A stretch of 61,620 bases of DNA, from contig CAUZEO010000003.1 in assembly GCA_963578625.1 (NCBI GenBank), forward strand, positions 1 to 61,620. Direction: 5' to 3'. The stretch comes from Kiritimatiellia bacterium. Its GTDB lineage: Bacteria > Verrucomicrobiota > Kiritimatiellia > SLOV01. The notes beneath the pieces were generated by a model. That model ran no database searches and was not told where the DNA came from. It saw nothing but the letters and a program-made list of their open reading frames with translations. Shown in pieces: positions 17,167 to 25,625 of the stretch. The position numbers were made by a program, and so were the translations under genes. Each line of letters starts with the position of its first letter. Within the stretch, counting starts at the first letter, position 1.

Positions 17167-18021
17167 ATGCACGCCAATCATCAATCAGGCCGGGGCTTTA
17201 CGCTCATCGAACTGCTGGTGGTCATCGCGATTATCGCCGTTCTGGCAGCGCTTCTGTTCCCTGCAGTTCGGGAGGCGGTGGAGCGCGGTCGCCAAGCGCT
17301 CTGCATGAGCAACCAACGGCAGATCCTCATCGCACTCCGATCCTACAGCAACGACCACGACACGGGTATCCCATACGACGCGCTGCGGAAAGACGGCGGC
17401 CCTGGCGGCAACGGCAGCGTCCTGTTCAAGTTCTCGTGGTGGACCTCGTTGGGCATGCTCTACGCCGGCGGAGCCATCCAGCAGGCACAGGCCGACGCAG
17501 AGGCCTCCGGCCCGGGCACCGGAGGGTACACCGGGGGCAATCACGACGTCTTTTATTGTCCCAGCGCCCGGTGGGCCGGCGGGTTGGACCAGTGGAGTCC
17601 GACGATCAGCCGGCGCATGTACGGCACCGACTACTGGACCTACTGGCACGACCCGTCCAGCAACGTTCCAGGATGGGCCCTGCACAGCAGTTACGGGTAC
17701 CGTTACACCCACGATTCCCATTGGCCCAAGTTCGGAACCTCCAAGTCCAGTGCCTGGGGCGGCTACACCATGGATACGATCGATTCCATCGGGGATACCG
17801 CGATCATCAGCGACAGCTGGATCTGGTGGAACCCCTATTCCGGCACCTTTGCCGCGCACCAGGCCGTCGAAGGAGAACTCGAGACGGTCTTCCAGGTGGG
17901 ATTCACCGACGGCCACGTCATTCGCGCCAACATCGCGGACCAGCTCCACCCGTGGGTCAAGAACGGACTCGACTGGGCCCAATTCTGGTACCGGGACGAA
18001 GCCTGGCAGCTGTTCGAGTAA
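17167..18021 (+). CDS. Prepilin-type N-terminal cleavage/methylation protein (pseudopilin-like)
   Basis: [24 protein letters not shown] is a prepilin signal directly after MHANHQSGR. The C-terminus reads ...VGFTDGHV...[14 protein letters not shown]. Confidence 0.85.
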   Translation: MHANHQSGRGFTLIELLVVIAIIAVLAALLFPAVREAVERGRQALCMSNQRQILIALRSYSNDHDTGIPYDALRKDGGPGGNGSVLFKFSWWTSLGMLYAGGAIQQAQADAEASGPGTGGYTGGNHDVFYCPSARWAGGLDQWSPTISRRMYGTDYWTYWHDPSSNVPGWALHSSYGYRYTHDSHWPKFGTSKSSAWGGYTMDTIDSIGDTAIISDSWIWWNPYSGTFAAHQAVEGELETVFQVGFTDGHVIRANIADQLHPWVKNGLDWAQFWYRDEAWQLFE

Positions 18022-18031
18022 CCCCGACAGC

Positions 18032-18901
18032 TCACGAAGGCACGACAACCTGCTTCCTCTCAAACGCTTCCTTGGACAACTTCACCCGGACAAATTCGGC
18101 CGCATCATCCCCGTCGTAGGATGGCTTCATCGCGGCAAGCTGGTCATCCAGCTCCACGCTCCACCCCCTCTCGTAACCGGACGTACCCAGGATATAGCCC
18201 TGAATCGGCCCCGGCAGGGCGCTGAAGTCGGGATGATACCAGAGCGTGATCACCGTGCGCCGCTGATCGTTGTCGTTCGCATGTGCCGCGTGAAGAAGCC
18301 GCGCGTCCCCCATGACCAGGTCGCCCGCCCTCACCGGCACCTCGACCTCGTCGTCGCGGTCCTGGTATTCCGGAAGCGTGAGATCCTCTCCGGTCAAAAA
18401 TCCGCCGGTATGGGCGGGGGACAGCTCGTCATGAAGCGGATTGTGCTCGATGTGCGATCGGGGAAGGACCCGGAGGCAGCCGTTTTCCCGGTTGGTGTCG
18501 ACCAGGTAGTACATCAGGAAGATCTGGGGAGGAACCTTCTCGAAACTGAACGGATGCGACCATGCCGCCCAGTCGAAATGCCAGAACAACCGGGGACTGT
18601 GCGGCGGCTTGCTGATCACGAACCCGGAGGAAAACCGGATATCGGAAAATCCCATCTTCTCCAGAACACCGAGAGCCGGCGGATAGGTGACGAGCCGGGC
18701 GAAGATCTCGTCGTCCTTTACTGGAATCATGCTTCCGGTCGTCACGTTCGCCCGCGCATGTTCCTCGCTCATCTCCGCCGTCTTGCGATCGGTGAACCGG
18801 CGCAACTCATCCAGAAATCCCGCGTCGAGCACATTTCCAACAACGCAGAATCCGTCCTCGATCAACTCCTCCCGCTTTGCCTTGAATTCCGTTGCCGTCA
18901 T
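18032..18901 (-). CDS. PhyH-family Fe(II)/2-oxoglutarate dioxygenase
   Basis: 289 aa with WHFD (HxD), GCLRVLPRSH and a distal His in ARLLHAAHAN. Its ATG overlaps the upstream Uma2 stop (ATGA at 18898..18901). Confidence 0.85.
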   Translation of the reverse strand: MTATEFKAKREELIEDGFCVVGNVLDAGFLDELRRFTDRKTAEMSEEHARANVTTGSMIPVKDDEIFARLVTYPPALGVLEKMGFSDIRFSSGFVISKPPHSPRLFWHFDWAAWSHPFSFEKVPPQIFLMYYLVDTNRENGCLRVLPRSHIEHNPLHDELSPAHTGGFLTGEDLTLPEYQDRDDEVEVPVRAGDLVMGDARLLHAAHANDNDQRRTVITLWYHPDFSALPGPIQGYILGTSGYERGWSVELDDQLAAMKPSYDGDDAAEFVRVKLSKEAFERKQVVVPS

Positions 18902-19521
18902 GTCGAAGAGGCGTACGCAGGAGGCCGGCCTTCCCTGACCAGCGGGATCTGCTCACCCGGATCCACCGGGAAATTGAATACATCCGCCAAGGCGATTTCC
19001 CGATCGGGGAATGTCGGACTCCGGAGAGCATCCTCCTTGGCATACGTGCGATTGAGCCGATACGAATCGCCGTCGAGCAGGAACACCTCGATTGCGGAGG
19101 GAGAGGGCGTGACAAGCCAAACCTCTCCAACCCCGTAACGCGCATACAACTCCAGCTTTCGACCTCGATCGTGCAGCGCCGTAGATGGCAAGAGGACTTC
19201 AACAATCAGTGAGGGCGCTCCCTCAATATGGGTACTCCTGATTTGCTTCGGATCGCACACCACCAGAAGATCCGGCTGCACGACGTCCTTATCAGACAAT
19301 TTCAGATCGATGGGTGAAATAAGAGGTATGCAGGTTTTCTCTTCGAAATGCTCGAAGGTCCGTCGATACAGGTTGCCGACGACCTGCTGATGCCGGGGTG
19401 TCGGCGCGGGAGTCATTGCGAACGCCTCACCGCCCACGATCTCCCAGCGCTGATCGTCGTTCCAACGACAATAGTCGGTCCACGTATATCGCGAACTATC
19501 GGGTTTCCGTAAGCCTACCAT
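18898..19521 (-). CDS. Uma2-family (DUF820) putative restriction-endonuclease-fold protein
   Basis: 207 aa with family-typical blocks: WEIVGGEAFAMTPAPTPRHQ, VVQPDLLVVCDPKQ, APSLIVEVLLPST...DRGRKLELYARYGVGEVWLV. Confidence 0.8.
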   Translation of the reverse strand: MVGLRKPDSSRYTWTDYCRWNDDQRWEIVGGEAFAMTPAPTPRHQQVVGNLYRRTFEHFEEKTCIPLISPIDLKLSDKDVVQPDLLVVCDPKQIRSTHIEGAPSLIVEVLLPSTALHDRGRKLELYARYGVGEVWLVTPSPSAIEVFLLDGDSYRLNRTYAKEDALRSPTFPDREIALADVFNFPVDPGEQIPLVREGRPPAYASST

Positions 19522-19581
19522 GTCTGCATCCTTGCAGTTACTTTAGCATCCTGCAACCATTTGAGGAAGCAAGAAAGGATA

Positions 19582-20010
19582 ATGATCATGCCGTCCAGAT
19601 CTCGCCCCAGTCTCATTTTTGACAAGGATGACATCGCCCGTATTCGTAACAACATCGAAACGTACGACTGGGCGCGGACGCTTTTTGAGGAGGTCAAGGG
19701 CGCCGTTGATGGAGGGGCGGATTTCGGAACCCAGCCAACCGCATGGAGCGGCTACACCCTGCGGCAACTCGGTACCATTGGGGACACCGCTATCATCGGT
19801 GACAGCTGGATCTGGTGGAACCCGTTTTTTGGAACCTACGCCGCCCATCAGACCATGGAGGGCGAGCCCCGCGCGGTATTCCAGGTCGGGTTCACCGATG
19901 GCCATGTCACGCGATCCAACAACGGCCACGAGGTCCATCGCCTAGTGAAAAACGGAACCGAGTACGCCCAATTCTGGTACCGGGACGAAGCCTGGCGACT
20001 CTTCGAGTAG
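19582..20010 (+). CDS. Chimeric ORF: heparinase-like N-terminal segment fused to prepilin-protein C-terminal segment (possible pseudogene)
   Basis: Residues PSLIFDKDDIARIRNNIETYDWARTLFEEVKGAVDGGADFGTQ match the N-terminus of 21593..24082. Residues [25 protein letters not shown]...VGFTDGHV...[14 protein letters not shown] match the C-terminus of 17167..18021. The prepilin signal is absent. Confidence 0.5.
   Translation: MIMPSRSRPSLIFDKDDIARIRNNIETYDWARTLFEEVKGAVDGGADFGTQPTAWSGYTLRQLGTIGDTAIIGDSWIWWNPFFGTYAAHQTMEGEPRAVFQVGFTDGHVTRSNNGHEVHRLVKNGTEYAQFWYRDEAWRLFE
19663..19735. repeat. 73-nt exact direct repeat, copy 1
   Basis: tacgactgggcgcggacgctttttgaggaggtcaagggcgccgttgatggaggggcggatttcggaacccagc is identical to 21668..21740. 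The flanks are clearly diverged. Confidence 0.95.
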
Positions 20011-20078
20011 GGATTGAAAAACGTTTTCATCATCCTTCAGGGAATTGATCCGCATGCGTCATATCGAAGAGGGCAATC

Positions 20079-21353
20079 ATGAAAAACATACGGACTAACA
20101 AAAAGCCTTGCCTGGTGGCGTTGGTCTTCCTCATGGGGGGGAGCATTCCACTGCTTGCATTGGAAGGAACCGAAGCCGTCACGGCCGCACGGGCAGTCTA
20201 CGGCGGGAATGAAAATTTCGAGGGCGGAAAAATCATCGGCCATTACGACGGCCGAGACCTGAACGACGAACTCTTTACCCTGCGAGGAATGGCGGTCGAC
20301 TACCAACAGAAAAATACCGGGCCGTTTGTCGTCCGCATCGAGGGCGGAAAGGGAAAGGGATCCGTCATGGCGGACGAACGGATAACCTTCGGGAACTATC
20401 CGAGCATCCTGCTGAACTTCACAGACAGGGAACGCGAGACCTCTATCCTCACGTGGAAAAGGACCCCGATACTTGAGCCCAACCGGATATACGAGGTGCG
20501 CGCAATGGTGCGGGCTCGGAACATCAAGCTCACCCAGAATTTTTTTTACCTGGAGTTCCGAGACGGAAGCAAGAAGAAGAATTTCGGAACCCGGTTGATC
20601 ACTTGGGAGAATGCCGGCGCATTCCATATGGCGCGCATCTATATTCACTCCTTCCCGGATGCCGGGAAGAGCGAAGCGATTAAGTTCCGCGCGAAAGGTC
20701 GACCGGTGAGTGACGGGTTGGTCCTCGGCCCATCGCAAATCTGGATCAGTTCGATCACCATCATTGATCACGGAAAAACCCTGGAACTGACCCCCGAAAC
20801 CATGATCGACGACTTCGACGGGCCAGGGATCAGACGGTGGTGGTACAATGTCAACCCGATGGATTGGTCGGCAAAATACAGGGACTTCGAGAAACTGAGA
20901 GCTGCTATCGTGGAAGACGGCGAGCGCAAGTGCATCCGCCTGCAAGGCACCTGGGGACAGTTGATGCGTCCCTTCAGGGAATCGATTACCAATGTCGATG
21001 TCACCTTTGACTTCAAGGAGGTCGGACGCAAACCCAGCCAAAAAACCGGCCGACTTCTCGTCCTGTGCAATAAAGATTGGCAACAACTGGGACTGGGCTC
21101 GTTCTGGGCATCCACGTCACACTTCTGCCATTTTTACAGGGGCGAATTTGGCCCAACAAGCATCATGCTAGACGCGGAGTGGCATACGGGAACATTCTCA
21201 GTGCGTCCCGGCGGAACGACCATCTACCTCGACGGAGTTGAGGTAGCCAGGAAGAAAGAGTTCACCTCATTCCTGAGGGTAGAACTCGGCGAAACGCAGT
21301 GGCATGGAGGCGAATACTATTTCGATAACTTCAAGATTACCAAGGCTGAATAG
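20079..21353 (+). CDS. Secreted two-domain carbohydrate-binding-like protein (CBM-like + LamG-like), family member 1
   Basis: Signal peptide KKPCLVALVFLMGGSIPLLALEG. The C-terminal block IYLDGVEVARKKEFTSFLRVELGETQWHGGEYYFDNFKI parallels the C-termini of 31023..32366 and 43290..44504. G+C is visibly lower than in the neighbours. Confidence 0.75.
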   Translation: MKNIRTNKKPCLVALVFLMGGSIPLLALEGTEAVTAARAVYGGNENFEGGKIIGHYDGRDLNDELFTLRGMAVDYQQKNTGPFVVRIEGGKGKGSVMADERITFGNYPSILLNFTDRERETSILTWKRTPILEPNRIYEVRAMVRARNIKLTQNFFYLEFRDGSKKKNFGTRLITWENAGAFHMARIYIHSFPDAGKSEAIKFRAKGRPVSDGLVLGPSQIWISSITIIDHGKTLELTPETMIDDFDGPGIRRWWYNVNPMDWSAKYRDFEKLRAAIVEDGERKCIRLQGTWGQLMRPFRESITNVDVTFDFKEVGRKPSQKTGRLLVLCNKDWQQLGLGSFWASTSHFCHFYRGEFGPTSIMLDAEWHTGTFSVRPGGTTIYLDGVEVARKKEFTSFLRVELGETQWHGGEYYFDNFKITKAE

Positions 21354-21592
21354 AACGCTCTTTCGCGGGAAGCAGGGATGAGCCGGAAGTGATAGCACTT
21401 GGTGAAGGGGCTTCTCCGCCAAAACCTTACTTGCCCCGCAACAGCCCCTCCCGGAAGGGAAGATACGGAATGGATTCCATCCCCTGCATGGATGAAAATC
21501 GTCGCTTGCAATGCAATCAGCCAGGCTCCATAATCTGTTTACGTGCTGACAGACCCCCCAATTGCTCCAAGCGTTTGGCAAAGAACTGCGTC

Positions 21593-24082
21593 ATGACCAC
21601 GAATCAACACCCCAACCTGATCTTCGGGGCCGAGGATGTCGCCCGCATCAAGAAGAACATCGAGACTTACGACTGGGCGCGGACGCTTTTTGAGGAGGTC
21701 AAGGGCGCCGTTGATGGAGGGGCGGATTTCGGAACCCAGCACCCCGACTCTCCCCGGTACACCATGACCTATCCGGACTTCGACATCACGGTGGAGGACC
21801 CGGATCTCATGTGGACCGCCCAGCATGTACATATGCGGCGGTTCATGGAGTTTGCGATGGTCGCGGTGCTCACCGGCGAGGAGAAGTACAGCCACCGGAT
21901 GGTCCGGCTGTTGCCCGACATTGCCGAAGTACTGGCGCGCGGAAGCGATCCCAACAAGCAGGCACAGGTGGTCAACTGGACGACCGGTCAGGATGCGGCT
22001 GACGCGCTCATCGCGTACGATCTCCTGTACAACGATCCCTCCTGGACGGAGGCAGCCCGCGAAAAAGTGGAGGGACACTTCCAGTCCATCGGCAAGCAAA
22101 TCGAGGCAGAGCCGTCCTCATACCATCTCTGCAACACCAGCTTCTACTACCAGGTGTACCGGGTGCTCGCGGGATGCTTTTTCGACAATCGGGAGTGGAT
22201 CGACACCGGGCTGGATAACCCGGGCGGATTCAAGAGCCTCCTGACGACACCGTCGCGGCGGGGCGGAACATTCGACATGCGCTGGTACCTCTTCGGAGAC
22301 AGCGACTCCCCGCATCGCCGCCTCCAGCGGTTTCGCGGCGGAACAGTGGACGACGGGATCTGGAACGAGACCGGCAGCTACGGTCTGGATGCGGTGCTGA
22401 GCCAGATGTGCTTTATCGCCGAGGCCATGCTTCACTACGACGGCACCAACCTCTACGAATACGAGGCGCCGGGCGGCGGATGCCTGCGGAATGTTTTCCG
22501 CCGCGGGATGGAGCGGTCATTCAGCGACGGCCAGCCCATCCGGTTCGGCGCCAACGGCGAGGTCATGCAACGCTACGTGCCGGATGTGCCCGGCTCCGAC
22601 GGCACGGCGCTTCGGGTTCCCCTGCCCGGCGACAAGTGGGACCTCGCCTATCTGCGCTGCGGCGATCCCGAGTTCGCATGGGCGGCCTTGCAGGTTCCGG
22701 GGCGGCGCGGCTGCGCCAACAAATGGGGGTACTGCGCGTTGTGGCACGGCCTCGACGCCTCCGAAATGGAGGTACGGACTCCCGATATGCGAAGCATTAC
22801 CTTTCCGGGTTTCGGTGTCGCGGTGGTTCGCAGCACGGAAGGCCCCGAATTCTGGAACTCCGACACCCCCACCGTGGCCGTCCGATGGGGCGAGGCCATC
22901 TACCGCGCGCACCCCGATCAGTTCGGTTTTCAACTCCACGCCTTCGGCCGGGGCATCGAACCGGACATCAACTATCCCTGGGACTACGGGGTCCCCCAGG
23001 GCGGACGCAACCCGACGCCGTTCGGGTACTCCACCTACGCCCACAACTGCCTGGTAGTGGACCGGCGCAACTACAGCCAGGAGGCGGCAAATCTCGTGGT
23101 CGATGACCACGGGGAGCACGCCAAGGTGATCGGCCTGGCAAGCAGCAACGTGACGCAGAGCGATGCGGTGCAGAGCGTCGACCTCGCCCGGTGGCTGGTT
23201 CTGTGCAAGGAGTACCTGCTCGACGTCAGCTACATCGGCGATCTGCATCTCGAGCACACGTTCGACCTGTCCGTCCCCACCTTCGGCACCGACATCGAAA
23301 TCGACGGGGCACAGTGGGAAGACTACGACGTGGGCGCGGACATCGGCTACGGGAAGATCGACACCATCCACGATCTCGATGAAGACCTGGAAGCGGCGGT
23401 GATGCGGACATCACACCCCCCGCCGGCAATCGACAGCGATGAGAACGTGTGGCTCAAGGACGGCCGGCGCTGCAAGCTACGGGAACCGTTCACCGTGCGC
23501 TGCAAACACCCGGACGGCATCCACCTCGCCCTCCACTATGGAGGCTGGAGCGAATGCGAGATGATGACCGCGAAAGCGCCGCTGCGATGGCTTGCGCGGG
23601 AAGGCGTCGACAGCATTCCCGGCCGGTTCGGCCTGGTCATCAATCGAAAAGTGATTTCGCCGGACATCAGCGGCACCGGCACGATGGACTGCAGCATTTT
23701 CACCCACAGCGAGGACCACTGCCACTACTTCGTGGTTCACGAACCGTACCGGGAGCAGAACGGCACGAAGATCCGGGGCGTCCGCCGGCTGCCCCTGAAG
23801 GAGCGGACGGTGGAGATGTGGGACCCCAACGGGTATCCCATGGCAAAAGGCAACCACCGGTGGACCACGCCGCGCGTCGTGGAGGTCCAGGGCGAAGACT
23901 TCATCGACTACTTCATCTACATCGATCACTTCATCGCCCTGCGCGGCGGCGAACCCGGCCGCGTCATCCTCACCACCCCCGCCTTCCGCGTCGAGTTCAG
24001 CGGGCCGTATGTGTGGTTGCGATTGGTCGATGGCAAAATCTCAGCCACCCAAGGCAAGATCACCGAAGTGGATGTGATCTGA
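21593..24082 (+). CDS. Heparinase II/III-like polysaccharide lyase family protein
   Basis: ATG at 21593, codon 69 of the track ORF, 829 aa. N-terminal HPNLIFGAEDVARIKKNIETYDW, then HPDQFGFQLHAFGRGIEPD and STYAHNCLVVDRRN, resemble the heparinase II/III His/Asn blocks. No signal peptide is possible in the open frame. Confidence 0.7.
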   Translation: MTTNQHPNLIFGAEDVARIKKNIETYDWARTLFEEVKGAVDGGADFGTQHPDSPRYTMTYPDFDITVEDPDLMWTAQHVHMRRFMEFAMVAVLTGEEKYSHRMVRLLPDIAEVLARGSDPNKQAQVVNWTTGQDAADALIAYDLLYNDPSWTEAAREKVEGHFQSIGKQIEAEPSSYHLCNTSFYYQVYRVLAGCFFDNREWIDTGLDNPGGFKSLLTTPSRRGGTFDMRWYLFGDSDSPHRRLQRFRGGTVDDGIWNETGSYGLDAVLSQMCFIAEAMLHYDGTNLYEYEAPGGGCLRNVFRRGMERSFSDGQPIRFGANGEVMQRYVPDVPGSDGTALRVPLPGDKWDLAYLRCGDPEFAWAALQVPGRRGCANKWGYCALWHGLDASEMEVRTPDMRSITFPGFGVAVVRSTEGPEFWNSDTPTVAVRWGEAIYRAHPDQFGFQLHAFGRGIEPDINYPWDYGVPQGGRNPTPFGYSTYAHNCLVVDRRNYSQEAANLVVDDHGEHAKVIGLASSNVTQSDAVQSVDLARWLVLCKEYLLDVSYIGDLHLEHTFDLSVPTFGTDIEIDGAQWEDYDVGADIGYGKIDTIHDLDEDLEAAVMRTSHPPPAIDSDENVWLKDGRRCKLREPFTVRCKHPDGIHLALHYGGWSECEMMTAKAPLRWLAREGVDSIPGRFGLVINRKVISPDISGTGTMDCSIFTHSEDHCHYFVVHEPYREQNGTKIRGVRRLPLKERTVEMWDPNGYPMAKGNHRWTTPRVVEVQGEDFIDYFIYIDHFIALRGGEPGRVILTTPAFRVEFSGPYVWLRLVDGKISATQGKITEVDVI
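21668..21740. repeat. 73-nt exact direct repeat, copy 2
   Basis: Identical to 19663..19735. It lies in the 5' part of the lyase-like gene. Confidence 0.95.
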
Positions 24083-24110
24083 GAGAATCATGCATCTATC
24101 CTGGACTCAT

Positions 24111-24170
24111 CCATAAATCCCATACTTCCTATGACTCCCATGGGACCTATGGGAAGTATGGGATTTATGG
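24111..24170. terminator. Bidirectional hairpin between convergent genes (19-bp perfect stem, 22-nt loop)
   Basis: ccataaatcccatacttcc (24111..24129) is the exact reverse complement of ggaagtatgggatttatgg (24152..24170). The loop contains the palindrome tcccatggga. It sits between the stops at 24082 (+) and 24179 (-). Confidence 0.6.
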
Positions 24171-24178
24171 TACCGTTG

Positions 24179-25138
24179 TCAGGACTCGCGCTCTTCCTTC
24201 AGCGTCCGCAAAACAGCCATGTACATCCGGTTTCGCTCTTCGATGCCCTGTTCGACGTCCCCCTCCGCGTAATCGTAGAGCCCCTTCCCCGCCTTCGCGC
24301 CGTAGTGGCCGTTCCGGACCAGCTCCTGCACCGACGGCGGGAACTCCACGTCATCGGCCAGATCCGGAGCCAGTACCTTCATGACTTCGTCGTTCGTATC
24401 CAACCCCGCGTAATCGAGGACGGCAAGCGGCCCCAGCGCCGCAAGCCGGATTCCGACGCTCTCTCGGATCGCGAGATCGATCTGCTCCGTCGTCGCGATT
24501 CCCTGTTCCCGCATCGACAACAGCTCCCGATACATGGCCATCTGCACGCGATTGACGAGAAAGCCGGGAATCTCCTTCTTCAGCGGAACCGCGAGCTTGC
24601 CGGCTCCCTCCAGGAGTTGAACCGTCCGGTCCACCGTTTCCTGCGCCGTTTTTTCCCCCGGCACGACTTCCACCAGCGGAATAATGTGCGGCGGATTAAA
24701 CCAATGTGTATTCAACGCCCGTTCCGGATGCTTCATGCGAATCGACATCTGCGACATTGGGTAACTGGACGTGTTGCTCGCGACAACGCATTCCGTCGAA
24801 ATCGACGCCTCGATGCGTTCAAACACCGTCTGCTTCAGCACCAGATTCTCGCGAATCACCTCGGTCAAAAAGTCCGCATCCTGTAACGCGTCCTCTTCCG
24901 AATCGCAAACGGTGATCCGCTCCAGCGTGCCGGCGACATCCCCCGCGTCGAACAGACCCGCCGCGACCATCTTCTCCAGGTTGGATCGGACTCTCGGCAA
25001 GGTAGTCGCCCTGGCCTCCGCCACATCGTCGTATCCGCAAACCCGGCAGCCCGCCGCGGCAAAGATCTGGGCAATCCCGTGCCCCATGGTGCCGAGACCA
25101 AGGACCGCAACGTTTCGAATGGAATCGGGATCCGCCAT
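24179..25138 (-). CDS. 3-hydroxyacyl-CoA dehydrogenase family NAD-binding protein
   Basis: VAVLGLGTMGHGIAQIFAAAG is a Rossmann motif. SNTSS, HWFNPPHIIPLVEVV, GFLVNRV and the C-terminal GAKAGKGLYDY are family-typical. Confidence 0.8.
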   Translation of the reverse strand: MADPDSIRNVAVLGLGTMGHGIAQIFAAAGCRVCGYDDVAEARATTLPRVRSNLEKMVAAGLFDAGDVAGTLERITVCDSEEDALQDADFLTEVIRENLVLKQTVFERIEASISTECVVASNTSSYPMSQMSIRMKHPERALNTHWFNPPHIIPLVEVVPGEKTAQETVDRTVQLLEGAGKLAVPLKKEIPGFLVNRVQMAMYRELLSMREQGIATTEQIDLAIRESVGIRLAALGPLAVLDYAGLDTNDEVMKVLAPDLADDVEFPPSVQELVRNGHYGAKAGKGLYDYAEGDVEQGIEERNRMYMAVLRTLKEERES

Positions 25139-25145
25139 GAATCGA

Positions 25146-25592
25146 CTACGCCGGGGTTTTCCGGCTGGCCAACAGGAGGTGTTCGCAGGCCATCACGACC
25201 TCATCCTTCTGATTGAACACCTCGACCTGCTCCACCACCGTTCCGAGCTCCGGTTTCTTGAAATCCCGCTTGTCGCTGATGGTCACCTTGCACCGGATGG
25301 TGTCCCCGATGTAGACCGGTTTGATGAATCGCAACCGGTCATAGCCGTACGTGAATGCCTCGGGATTGATCTCCCCCGCCGTCATGCCGATCGCGACGCT
25401 GAAGATCAGCGTTCCGTGCGCGATCCGGGCGCCGAACGGCTGCGTTTTGCACCACTCGGCATCCATGTGATGCGGATAGAAGTCCCCGGCCTGCCCCGCG
25501 TGAATCACGATGTCCGTTTCCGTGATCGTGCGGCCGATCGTTTCGCGTTCGTGACCGAGTTCGTAGTCTTCGAAAAGTTGGGATTTGAACAT
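25146..25592 (-). CDS. MaoC-like (R-specific enoyl-CoA hydratase fold) dehydratase
   Basis: ATG at 25592 with AAGGAAA upstream. The hot-dog motif is [25 protein letters not shown]. Confidence 0.8.
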   Translation of the reverse strand: MFKSQLFEDYELGHERETIGRTITETDIVIHAGQAGDFYPHHMDAEWCKTQPFGARIAHGTLIFSVAIGMTAGEINPEAFTYGYDRLRFIKPVYIGDTIRCKVTISDKRDFKKPELGTVVEQVEVFNQKDEVVMACEHLLLASRKTPA

Positions 25593-25625
25593 GGCTATTG
25601 TTTCCTTTTCTGAATGCCGGATCAC

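Noticed and set aside
18898-19521. Uma2 as part of a restriction-modification or other defence system
   Set aside because: There is no methyltransferase, helicase, ATPase or other defence-type partner nearby. The only coupled gene is a PhyH dioxygenase, which is reported separately as an unexplained pairing.
8499-20010. Whether the prepilin-type genes indicate a type IV pilus or T2SS operon
   Set aside because: No secretin, PilB/GspE ATPase, platform protein or prepilin peptidase gene is present. The genes are scattered among CAZyme and transporter genes.
20037-21086. 349-aa minus-strand ORF in the lower-G+C segment, where a long antisense frame is less expected
   Set aside because: The + strand protein has a signal peptide and a C-terminal block shared with two paralogs (31023..32366, 43290..44504). 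The minus product has no start context, signal or motif.
24131-24886. ORF starting MTPMGPMGSMGFMV, which looks like a peptide repeat
   Set aside because: The repeat is the translation of the 19-bp inverted-repeat hairpin between convergent genes. The rest of the ORF is antisense to the dehydrogenase gene.
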